Made by a program: the position numbers and the translations under genes
IMG/VR virus record: IMGVR_UViG_3300045988_092691
Span: 1-35,214 of that record
From: a virus
Length of the DNA stretch: 35,214 nucleotides
Direction: 5' to 3' (one strand)
Notes under the pieces: generated by a model
What the model saw: the letters and a program-made list of their open reading frames with translations, nothing else
What the model was told of the DNA's origin: nothing
Database searches by the model: none
Shown: positions 16,235 to 23,255 of the stretch, one piece after another
Position numbering within the stretch: the stretch's first letter is position 1
Layout: each line of letters starts with the position of its first letter

Positions 16235-17107
16235 TTATTTTACATATACTTTTCCATTGTAATAAGCGGCGATCCAACCAGATGGAATCTTCATCCAGAT
16301 ATCATTTCCAATTTTCTTAACTGCCTGACAGGTAACTCTTGTCCCCTTGTCAATGGCTCCGTCCTTGTCCTTATCATGCGTCTTGGCATTTGCAGTCAAG
16401 CCAGAATAGCCCACTCTGGCACTGCCCGTCCCAGCTGCTTTCCGAACATTGAGTTCCACCTGTGCAGTATACGTCTTTCCTACTGTATAAGACGGTGCGG
16501 AAGTATTCTGATTTGTAGTTGTACTTTTAGCCGGAGTCGTTGGAGCTGCCGGAACTGCAGTTGTGACTGCTTTATTCATTATCCCTTCTGCAATCGCCTT
16601 ACAGATAGCATTGACTCCAACTCTGTTATACAGATCTGCATCATCTTTATCATCTACAAAACATGTCTCGATCAGCATGGCTGGAGCTTTTGTATTTCTC
16701 AGTACATATAATCCAGTACTTACCTTTACTCCACGGTTGGTGAACCCGAGTGCCGCTATATTTCTACACACTCTTTCTGCAGCCGCTTTTGCTTTTGAGC
16801 TTGTGCTATACACAAACACTTCTACGCCTTTCGTCTTTCCATCTCCCGGGTCTTTCAGCGCTGCATTCTGATGGATTGAAATATCCAGATCTGCCGCATG
16901 CGCATTACACTTCGCAACGATGTTGGCCAGATTCGCCCCTGCCGTCCTTCCAGCATCATCCGTACAATCATAAGCCGTATGTCCTGCTGATCTTAATAAC
17001 GAAATCACTCCTGCCGTGATTTTCCTATCCTCAGTCACCTCATCCAAGTAAGAACTTGCGCCTGGTACAATCCTGTTATGTCCTCCATGTACATTATATA
17101 CTGCCAT
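16235..17107 (-). CDS. Endolysin: N-acetylmuramoyl-L-alanine amidase (Amidase_3) with a C-terminal SH3b wall-binding domain
   Basis: MAVYNVHGGHN...DISIHQNA...LIETCFVDD is amidase_3-like. A Thr/Ala/Pro linker follows, then an SH3b-like C-terminus (GTRVTCQAVKKIGNDIWMKIPSGWIAAYY). Confidence 0.85.
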   Translation of the reverse strand: MAVYNVHGGHNRIVPGASSYLDEVTEDRKITAGVISLLRSAGHTAYDCTDDAGRTAGANLANIVAKCNAHAADLDISIHQNAALKDPGDGKTKGVEVFVYSTSSKAKAAAERVCRNIAALGFTNRGVKVSTGLYVLRNTKAPAMLIETCFVDDKDDADLYNRVGVNAICKAIAEGIMNKAVTTAVPAAPTTPAKSTTTNQNTSAPSYTVGKTYTAQVELNVRKAAGTGSARVGYSGLTANAKTHDKDKDGAIDKGTRVTCQAVKKIGNDIWMKIPSGWIAAYYNGKVYVK

Positions 17108-17109
17108 AA

Positions 17110-17238
17110 TTATTCCTCCTCTGCCACCAATGCTTCTGCTGCCGTGATTTCTTCCGGTGTAGGTTCTACACCTTCATTAAATTCAAAGCCCTCATTCTGT
17201 TCCTCTACTACCTCTGTGTTAGTTTTGATTTCTTCCAT
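17110..17238 (-). CDS. Small acidic protein (42 aa) between holin and endolysin
   Basis: AGGAG, 6 nt, then ATG. Translates MEEIKTNTEVVEEQNEGFEFNEGVEPTPEEITAAEALVAEEE. The stop is 2 nt before the endolysin ATG. Confidence 0.45.
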   Translation of the reverse strand: MEEIKTNTEVVEEQNEGFEFNEGVEPTPEEITAAEALVAEEE

Positions 17239-17310
17239 ATCTTTCTCCTTTCCTGTGCGATGTCGCACATTTCATAATATGTACAGAAAGAGGGCGATGT
17301 TACTCGCCCT

Positions 17311-17604
17311 CTACTCTTCCTTATTCAATTGCTTAAAAATTTGATTCACATAAGTACTTAATCCGGCCACCAGGATGCCTTGCACAATAGCTGTAAATAC
17401 CGCAAGTGCGATATCCTGTGCAGTTGCAAATGATGCTGTAGCCATCACCCAGATGCCACAGACAAATATCCCGACAATTCCAAGTACCAGCGGAATGTAC
17501 TTATCCTTGATAAATGCAGCCTGTTTCAGCCACATTCCGATAAAGTATAGTACAATCGCTACAACAATAAGTTCCGGTTTTACATAGTTCATAATCTGAT
17601 CCAT
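17311..17604 (-). CDS. Holin
   Basis: 97 aa with three hydrophobic segments and a charged C-terminus (KQLNKEE). Upstream of the endolysin. Confidence 0.75.
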   Translation of the reverse strand: MDQIMNYVKPELIVVAIVLYFIGMWLKQAAFIKDKYIPLVLGIVGIFVCGIWVMATASFATAQDIALAVFTAIVQGILVAGLSTYVNQIFKQLNKEE

Positions 17605-17605
17605 A

Positions 17606-17836
17606 TCATTCTACCTTCCTTTCCAAATCTTCAATCCTGTGATTAGCTACTTTCATTTTCTCTTCTAATATATATGTACGCTCAACAACACTATTGTGCT
17701 TTTCAACACGCTTCGTAAGCTCATCAAGCTTGTATTCCATGAGCGCACGGGTCTTTTCCTGCTGTCCATGATTATTAATCATGCAGACTAACAGTGTTAC
17801 TCCTGCACTGATGCAGGCTGAAATGATTGTTTCCAT
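17606..17836 (-). CDS. Membrane-anchored coiled-coil protein of the lysis cassette
   Basis: Start moved to ATG 17836 (METIISACISAGVTLLVCMI...). One N-terminal transmembrane segment, then a heptad-rich C-terminus. Confidence 0.45.
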   Translation of the reverse strand: METIISACISAGVTLLVCMINNHGQQEKTRALMEYKLDELTKRVEKHNSVVERTYILEEKMKVANHRIEDLERKVE

Positions 17837-17837
17837 T

Positions 17838-18515
17838 TTAGCCCACCTCTTTCCACAGGCTCTCCGTACCTGTCGCTCCCGGCTCCCATACATTACTGTC
17901 TACTAGTGATTCCCATGTCTTACCGTTATGCGTCACCTTATCTCCTGCCATGTATGGATTTGTAGACTCTGGCTGTTCCCATTCCGGAATTGATCCCGGA
18001 TCCGTAATTAATACTTTTGCCCACAGGCTCGGTGCTGCATCTGGCGTCCAGTCCGGCTGTGAAGTATGATCCTGCAAGCACTTATACAATGTCCCGTTAT
18101 ATAACGCCTTATAATCCACAATGTAACTCACGCCATTTCCGCTCCATGCTGGATAGATAGCCTGTACACTTAATGCCTGCTCATCCGTAAATGACTGTGC
18201 TTGAATCTTAGCCACTGCTATAGCAGCAGCTTGAATTTCTGCCTGTACCTCTGGCGCTTTATTATCCTGATACATGACCACACCGTAGATCTTTCCGGTA
18301 TATTCTTCCAGTCTGTACAATGCAGTATAGTCTTCATATACCGCAATCGTCTGTCCACGTTCTACAACCTCTATTTTCTTTGTTGCCAACGTATCGGAAA
18401 ACTTTGTCCTAAGGTCGTCAAGAATCACAGCCGCAGCTTTAATCATCAGTTGTCCATCTTTCTCAATTACGGACTGCACCGACATTTCTGTGGCATCATT
18501 GAATATAATTTTCAA
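17838..18515 (-). CDS. Tail-associated carbohydrate-binding protein (two CBM5/12-like repeats at the C-terminus)
   Basis: YKCLQDHTSQPDWTPDAAPSLWAKV and VTHNGKTWESLVDSNVWEPGATGTESLWKEV resemble chitin-binding type-3 repeats. TTG start 15 nt after shufflon site D. Confidence 0.55.
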   Translation of the reverse strand: MKIIFNDATEMSVQSVIEKDGQLMIKAAAVILDDLRTKFSDTLATKKIEVVERGQTIAVYEDYTALYRLEEYTGKIYGVVMYQDNKAPEVQAEIQAAAIAVAKIQAQSFTDEQALSVQAIYPAWSGNGVSYIVDYKALYNGTLYKCLQDHTSQPDWTPDAAPSLWAKVLITDPGSIPEWEQPESTNPYMAGDKVTHNGKTWESLVDSNVWEPGATGTESLWKEVG

Positions 18516-18530
18516 TTTTTTCTCCTTTCT

Positions 18531-18556
18531 GGAGGGATACTGAATTAATTAGGAAG
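18531..18556 (+). repeat. Shufflon site D (ggagggaTACTGAATTAATTAGGAAG)
   Basis: Perfect 26-bp inverted repeat of 19127-19152. Anchored to the TTG at 18563. Confidence 0.9.
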
Positions 18557-18562
18557 AAGATA

Positions 18563-18862
18563 TTGTACGACACGGCTATAACGGCAGCCGGTACATATAC
18601 TCTTACAGATTCTGTCGAAAATTATTCAAAAATATATGTAGTAATATCTCTGTACGACAATGGAAGTCAGCCATTCACGAACATAATTCCTGAAGAATTG
18701 TACGGAATCGCATCAAAAATCGGAATTCCACCATTTAGCAATTCCTCATATTTCCTTGATACAAATATTCTTCTGTCCGGTAACACTGCAAAAATTACAA
18801 GTTTCCAAAAAGGAAGTGCAGTATCTGGGGCTAGAATATTAAAAATAATCGGTGGTAATTAA
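18563..18862 (+). CDS. Silent tail-fibre C-terminal cassette 3 (the coding segment really begins at 18557, directly after site D)
   Basis: The frame through site D reads DTELIRK-KILYDTAITAAGTYTL...ARILKIIGGN. There is no convincing RBS or ATG of its own. ENYSKIYVVISL resembles ENFNEYDFFVLQ of the expressed cassette. Confidence 0.65.
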   Translation: MYDTAITAAGTYTLTDSVENYSKIYVVISLYDNGSQPFTNIIPEELYGIASKIGIPPFSNSSYFLDTNILLSGNTAKITSFQKGSAVSGARILKIIGGN

Positions 18863-19126
18863 TTACTTTGGCGTTATTGTAAGAACAACCGCTATTGGAT
18901 TAGTTGAGGAATTATATGTACTCTTTAAAGTAATTCCATTTTGTGTGATTTTCTCAATAGCGCATGAGCTCGTAATATCACCCATTCCTTCAATTGCAAC
19001 CTGTTTTATCGATACGCTATATCTGTCTGGGTCAATTATATTGATTGGGCAAAATGGGCGAGAATACGATTGTCCATATACGCATGGAGCTATCATTCTG
19101 AATTCATAGTCTCCGTTCAACAGCAA
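18863..19126 (-). CDS. Silent tail-fibre C-terminal cassette 4
   Basis: The minus-strand frame through site C reads DTELIRK-LLLNGDYEFRMIAPCVYG...AVVLTITPK. Its stop abuts the cassette 3 stop (18862/18863). Confidence 0.65.
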   Translation of the reverse strand: MLLNGDYEFRMIAPCVYGQSYSRPFCPINIIDPDRYSVSIKQVAIEGMGDITSSCAIEKITQNGITLKSTYNSSTNPIAVVLTITPK

Positions 19127-19152
19127 CTTCCTAATTAATTCAGTATCCCTCC
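19127..19152 (-). repeat. Shufflon site C (inverted copy of site D)
   Basis: The plus strand reads cttcctaattaattcagtatccctcc, the exact reverse complement of 18531-18556. Confidence 0.9.
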
Positions 19153-19252
19153 TGAAACGTGATTGATAGTTGTTACTATATAAAAGCGCATAACAAAAGC
19201 ACTAGACATAGCCTAGTGTGCATAGAGAAAATAATATTGTTAATGGTTACCG

Positions 19253-20245
19253 TTATGCGCTTAAATATTTCTTGTGATGGAACTGTACGGACTCCTGTTC
19301 TACCGTGCAATATACCATTGTTGTTTCTAACTTAGAATGACCTAACAGCTGTGCCACTTCCTGAACCGGCATGCCTCGGTTCAATGCATTTGTTGCCGCC
19401 GTTCGCCGGAATCGGTGTGGATAAGCATGTACGCCCACTCTCTTTCCAGTTCTGCGAATAATATCCTCAATACCGGTCTTTCCAAGTCTCTCGTGTGGGC
19501 TCTTCTCGCTCACAAACAATGCAGGATTATTATCTGTCCGACTGTCAAGGTATTCCTTCAGGTACATGTGAGACCGCTCATTCAGGTACGTCACACGTTC
19601 TTTCGCACCTTTACCAAACACAGTCAAATCTTTTGTCGTGAATCGGATATCATCCCTATTCAGTGCAGTCAGTTCAGATACCCTGACCGCTGTGGAATAG
19701 AAGAATTCCATTATCGCCTTGTCCCGGATGCTCTTGCACTGCCGCAACATCAACTCCCGATCAGTATCCGTGTAAGGCTTCTTAATCTTTTTTTCCACCT
19801 TGATCTGCTCCACCAGCGCCATTGGATTTCTCCTGATTCTGTCCCGATCACGGAGCCACACAAAGAAACTGCTATATACCGCCCGGATGTTCTTGAGCGT
19901 CTGATTACAGATACCTCGTATCTTTTTATAAGCTCTCATATACCCTGAAATGTCTTCTGGACGGATGTTTATCACTGACTTGTTGATGTAGGATAATAAT
20001 CGGCTTAATTCATACCGATATCTCCCCACAGTTGCTGGTGACTTTCCCTCCAACGCTTTTGCCATTAAGTAATCTTCCAAATCATCCTTCCAAGAATCAT
20101 TTATAACTCTTAGCTCCTGCTTTTCCGTATCGACCCGGTATGTACATAATACGTTCTGCAGAACGCTCCGAAGCTCTGTGAGCTGTTCTTGATCAATAAC
20201 ATCCTGCATACAGTACAACACCCGGTTAATCAGTTGCTCCTTCAC
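19253..20245 (-). CDS. Tyrosine site-specific recombinase (XerC/D- or Rci-like), predicted shufflon invertase
   Basis: 330 aa. AVRVSEL (Arg), GKGAKER (Lys), HRFRRT (H-x-x-R), LGHS, MVYC (Tyr). GTG start with AAAGGAG upstream. Located between sites B and C. Confidence 0.85.
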   Translation of the reverse strand: MKEQLINRVLYCMQDVIDQEQLTELRSVLQNVLCTYRVDTEKQELRVINDSWKDDLEDYLMAKALEGKSPATVGRYRYELSRLLSYINKSVINIRPEDISGYMRAYKKIRGICNQTLKNIRAVYSSFFVWLRDRDRIRRNPMALVEQIKVEKKIKKPYTDTDRELMLRQCKSIRDKAIMEFFYSTAVRVSELTALNRDDIRFTTKDLTVFGKGAKERVTYLNERSHMYLKEYLDSRTDNNPALFVSEKSPHERLGKTGIEDIIRRTGKRVGVHAYPHRFRRTAATNALNRGMPVQEVAQLLGHSKLETTMVYCTVEQESVQFHHKKYLSA

Positions 20246-20286
20246 CTTTCAACACTCCTTTTTGCTTTCATTCTAGCATTCTCAGA

Positions 20287-20574
20287 GTGTTCCAGTATGA
20301 CACATATTGTTTCTCCGCTCTTACTGAATTAAATAGGAAAATGCCGAATATCGTTCTTGCTGAATTCACTGTAAAAACTACATCTGGAACTACAACATTC
20401 AGCCTTCCAAGCGGAATATATACATCAAATTGCTTGGTGTTAGGATGTAGTATCCAAAGCAAGAGCAACGGCGTCTGGTACAGTACAAATGCTACGTATC
20501 CTGGAAGAATCGATAACACGGACAGTAATTACTTCGGGCAGCCGGGAAGGATGCTGTTGTATGTTATTGAATAA
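20287..20574 (+). CDS. Silent tail-fibre C-terminal cassette 2 (the functional part is 20342..20574, after site B)
   Basis: The ORF contains ALTELNRK, encoded by site B, then MPNIVLAEFTVKTTSG...GRMLLYVIE. Its stop is 1 nt from the convergent stop of the fibre gene. Confidence 0.65.
   Translation: MFQYDTYCFSALTELNRKMPNIVLAEFTVKTTSGTTTFSLPSGIYTSNCLVLGCSIQSKSNGVWYSTNATYPGRIDNTDSNYFGQPGRMLLYVIE
20320..20341 (+). repeat. Shufflon site B (cTTACTGAATTAAATAGGAAAa)
   Basis: Perfect 22-bp inverted repeat of 20875-20896. Codons L12-K18 of ORF 20287. Confidence 0.9.
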
Positions 20575-20575
20575 C

Positions 20576-21409
20576 CTATACTTTAACTCCATACAGTATT
20601 ACAGTATCGTATTGACTTTTGCTTTTTGTATAGACGCTTCCATCAGATTCAAAATAACATGTTGATTGATAAATTGATGCTTCTGGCGCATATATAGCAT
20701 CATGCGTATAACTTGATCCAAATTTTATTTGTTCCTTAAATATCATTGTTGTAGATAATGATCTTGCGCCAGCTGATGTTGTACTTTGAAGAACGAAAAA
20801 ATCGTACTCGTTAAAATTTTCAATTTGCGTTTTTTGATAACTTGTATTATTGTGTTTCACTAATTTGTCGCATCTTTTCCTATTTAATTCAGTAAGCATA
20901 TCCTGCTGTTCGCTCATCGGCATCAGCACATCGAATAGCGGTTCGACCGCAACAATGTTCAGACCCTCTAACCGTACCCGGTGTAAAGGGAAATCATGTG
21001 TAAGTGCACCAGCACGAATATCTGTCATCTCAATGGTCGGATCCACGGCTATTCCATCGCTCGGCGTTCCCTTCACAATGGTAAATACCGCACGCGCTTT
21101 TTTTTGTGAATCATCGTCTTTCGTGTACCGTCTCACAATGATATCGTTCCTGTTCTTCCCCTGCGACCCGTTGTCAATTGTGATGTCATAATACTTATTA
21201 ACCGGTACAGCATCGCGTATACCGCCATACACCATTACTCCGTCAAAGAGTCGTACCGTATTATTCGTGATTAGTTCTGCCTTCACTTTGTTTCCTGTAC
21301 TGAGTACATAGTCATCAGGACCATAGGTGCCTATATTTACATCTCCGATCTGTTCCGGGGTAATATGCACATCACCGGCGCGAACATCAATAGCTTCACT
21401 TTCAATCAT
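20576..21409 (-). CDS. Tail fibre / receptor-binding protein: constant N-terminal 178 aa plus the currently fused cassette 1 (99 aa)
   Basis: Follows the Dit and Tal-like genes. Site A encodes L172-K178 (LTELNRK). The C-terminal 99 aa (RCDKLVKH...TVILYGVKV) lies inside the invertible segment. Confidence 0.7.
   Translation of the reverse strand: MIESEAIDVRAGDVHITPEQIGDVNIGTYGPDDYVLSTGNKVKAELITNNTVRLFDGVMVYGGIRDAVPVNKYYDITIDNGSQGKNRNDIIVRRYTKDDDSQKKARAVFTIVKGTPSDGIAVDPTIEMTDIRAGALTHDFPLHRVRLEGLNIVAVEPLFDVLMPMSEQQDMLTELNRKRCDKLVKHNNTSYQKTQIENFNEYDFFVLQSTTSAGARSLSTTMIFKEQIKFGSSYTHDAIYAPEASIYQSTCYFESDGSVYTKSKSQYDTVILYGVKV
20875..20896 (-). repeat. Shufflon site A (inside the fibre ORF)
   Basis: The plus strand reads ttttcctatttaattcagtaag, the reverse complement of site B. 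Confidence 0.9.
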
Positions 21410-21411
21410 TG

Positions 21412-22407
21412 TTATTCATCTCCTTTTAGCTTATATTGAATGGTTTCTCTTCCTTTCCCTGTTACAGTAAGGATTTTTCTAACAACGGGACTTTTCATCG
21501 TAATTCCAGTAATACGCTCGCGACCCCCAACGATGTCACCAAGATCAAGATCCAGGTCAGTAACAGAAATTTTAAGCTGTTTGTAGTTCTTAACATCCTC
21601 AAATTTCTTCCTTCCATCTTCTTCCAATTCCTCAACAGTATCAGCATTGGAATTTTCATAATACATACAATTTCTCTGAATACCGGTATAATACTGATTC
21701 TTCTTAATTGTACCGTCTGGCCATGCATACAGATCAACTCTGCTCCGAGAAGCTAGTTCTCCTCCACCAAGGCATATCATATGATTTACTCCGCCTCTGT
21801 AATCAAGGATATTCAGTTTCACATTTCCATCCTCGCTTATCTCAATTGTATCGGAATGATCAACTACTTCCTTTACCGAAAGAAATACATATCCGCAACC
21901 GTTCGCATCACCTTGCACATACTTGATGTCAAGCCTTGCATTTAATTCATATAATGCATCCGCAAACGCAGTCATAAGCATTGACTGCAGTGGAACTTCA
22001 TAATTTGAAAAATATATACCACTGTCACTTGTATCTACGACAAAAAGGTCACCTAATCCAAGCGCGATTATCCGCTCAGACAACACACTATTCGCTTCGC
22101 CGTTGAGATAAAAGTATGTGTTAGCATCTTCATAGATGGGATGCTGATCTAGCATTCCGCGCCATGTGGGACCTTTGAGCTTTATGATTCCATCCTCAGT
22201 GATAGGATTTATTCCGCGGATGATTCCCCCGTACTCCGTGCCAGGTGCAAATATTTGGCTTTCATACCAGTAACGCTCCTTATCAAAATATTTATTCTGT
22301 ATTTTAATTTCAAAATTGTTTTCTGTACCGATATTCATATCGATACCGCTATGCCGTATGAATCCTTCTTTCTCAATTCCATTTATGTCTGCGCTGATAA
22401 AGTCCAC
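21412..22407 (-). CDS. Tail tip / baseplate protein (Tal-position, Sipho_Gp37-like)
   Basis: 331 aa, directly after Dit and before the fibre. Assignment is mostly by synteny. Confidence 0.55.
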   Translation of the reverse strand: MDFISADINGIEKEGFIRHSGIDMNIGTENNFEIKIQNKYFDKERYWYESQIFAPGTEYGGIIRGINPITEDGIIKLKGPTWRGMLDQHPIYEDANTYFYLNGEANSVLSERIIALGLGDLFVVDTSDSGIYFSNYEVPLQSMLMTAFADALYELNARLDIKYVQGDANGCGYVFLSVKEVVDHSDTIEISEDGNVKLNILDYRGGVNHMICLGGGELASRSRVDLYAWPDGTIKKNQYYTGIQRNCMYYENSNADTVEELEEDGRKKFEDVKNYKQLKISVTDLDLDLGDIVGGRERITGITMKSPVVRKILTVTGKGRETIQYKLKGDE

Positions 22408-23255
22408 GGAGGGGTCCCCCTTTCTCCAAACAGTACAACATCGAATCCGAAATTACCCGTCCATGTAACTGTGCTTCTTCCAGGCGGTATTTTCTTCCAG
22501 ATCTCGCTTTGCTTATTTCGCGAATTAAACAAATCTACTTTTATGCCATCGTTCTGTATCTTGTAAATTGCTCTGTCCTGAGAATACCTTGTGCTACAAT
22601 CAATTACCGCATATTCTCCATCGTATAAAGTTGTTTTCAGTTCATACAGATGTCCAGAAATACGAATTGCAGGATTAATAACCGGTCCATATATTATCAT
22701 GCGAAAGCCACATTCTGTTGGGTTCGCATTATTGATATACTGCATAGTTCCATCAGAGCCAAAACCATAACAGTATTCATACTCATAATCATACTCATAA
22801 TCAATTCCGATTTCAGATCCTTCCGATGTAGGCTCTGAGCTTTTTCTGAACTGATACAGGGATTCTGTGATCCAGTACGGATAATCTGACATTACCTTGA
22901 GTTCCATAGTAATGCTATCAATGTCGTTTACCCATCTGTCCTTACTGTTATCACTTATATAACAATTCATGTAGCTGTTTCCGACATATAGTCTTCCAGG
23001 CACTGCCGATATGATATCTTTTTCAATAATCCCCTCAAGTTTATCAATCGCACTCGCCAAAGATTGCATACCTACCGAAGATATAGTGAGCTGAATCTTA
23101 CGCTCTTGTATATTCTTCTCAAATCCCTGTATATGTTCATCATTTTCAATTGCTTCCCATTTTCCATCGAAGATATCTCCGCCGGTAATCATATATGGCC
23201 ATTTTGTAAGATTTGCATCTTCCTTATAATTGTTTTTGTAAATCACATCATACAT
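22383..23255 (-). CDS. Distal tail protein (Dit)
   Basis: 290 aa, immediately downstream of and overlapping the tape measure gene. This is the canonical siphovirus order. Confidence 0.65.
   Translation of the reverse strand: MYDVIYKNNYKEDANLTKWPYMITGGDIFDGKWEAIENDEHIQGFEKNIQERKIQLTISSVGMQSLASAIDKLEGIIEKDIISAVPGRLYVGNSYMNCYISDNSKDRWVNDIDSITMELKVMSDYPYWITESLYQFRKSSEPTSEGSEIGIDYEYDYEYEYCYGFGSDGTMQYINNANPTECGFRMIIYGPVINPAIRISGHLYELKTTLYDGEYAVIDCSTRYSQDRAIYKIQNDGIKVDLFNSRNKQSEIWKKIPPGRSTVTWTGNFGFDVVLFGERGTPPWTLSAQT

Larger units (their letters stand above)
18531..20896. mobile_element. Multi-inversion shufflon: four recombination sites, four tail-fibre C-terminal cassettes and an internal tyrosine recombinase
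   Basis: Four copies of the core TACTGAATTAAWTAGGAAR in alternating orientation (A -, B +, C -, D +). Each is followed in the same reading frame by an ORF segment. Confidence 0.8.

Noticed and set aside
16193-17019. Plus-strand ORFs antisense to the endolysin (16193..16711, 16563..16871, 16750..17019)
   Set aside because: They lie fully inside a confidently identified amidase/SH3b gene. No RBS, and the composition is implausible.
18563-20574. Reading the three small ORFs 18563..18862, 18863..19126 and 20287..20574 as ordinary independent genes with TTG/GTG starts
   Set aside because: None has a Shine-Dalgarno site at a proper distance. Each reading frame extends upstream through a recombination site that encodes the same TEL(N/I)RK peptide found inside the fibre gene. 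They are better explained as promoterless C-terminal cassettes.
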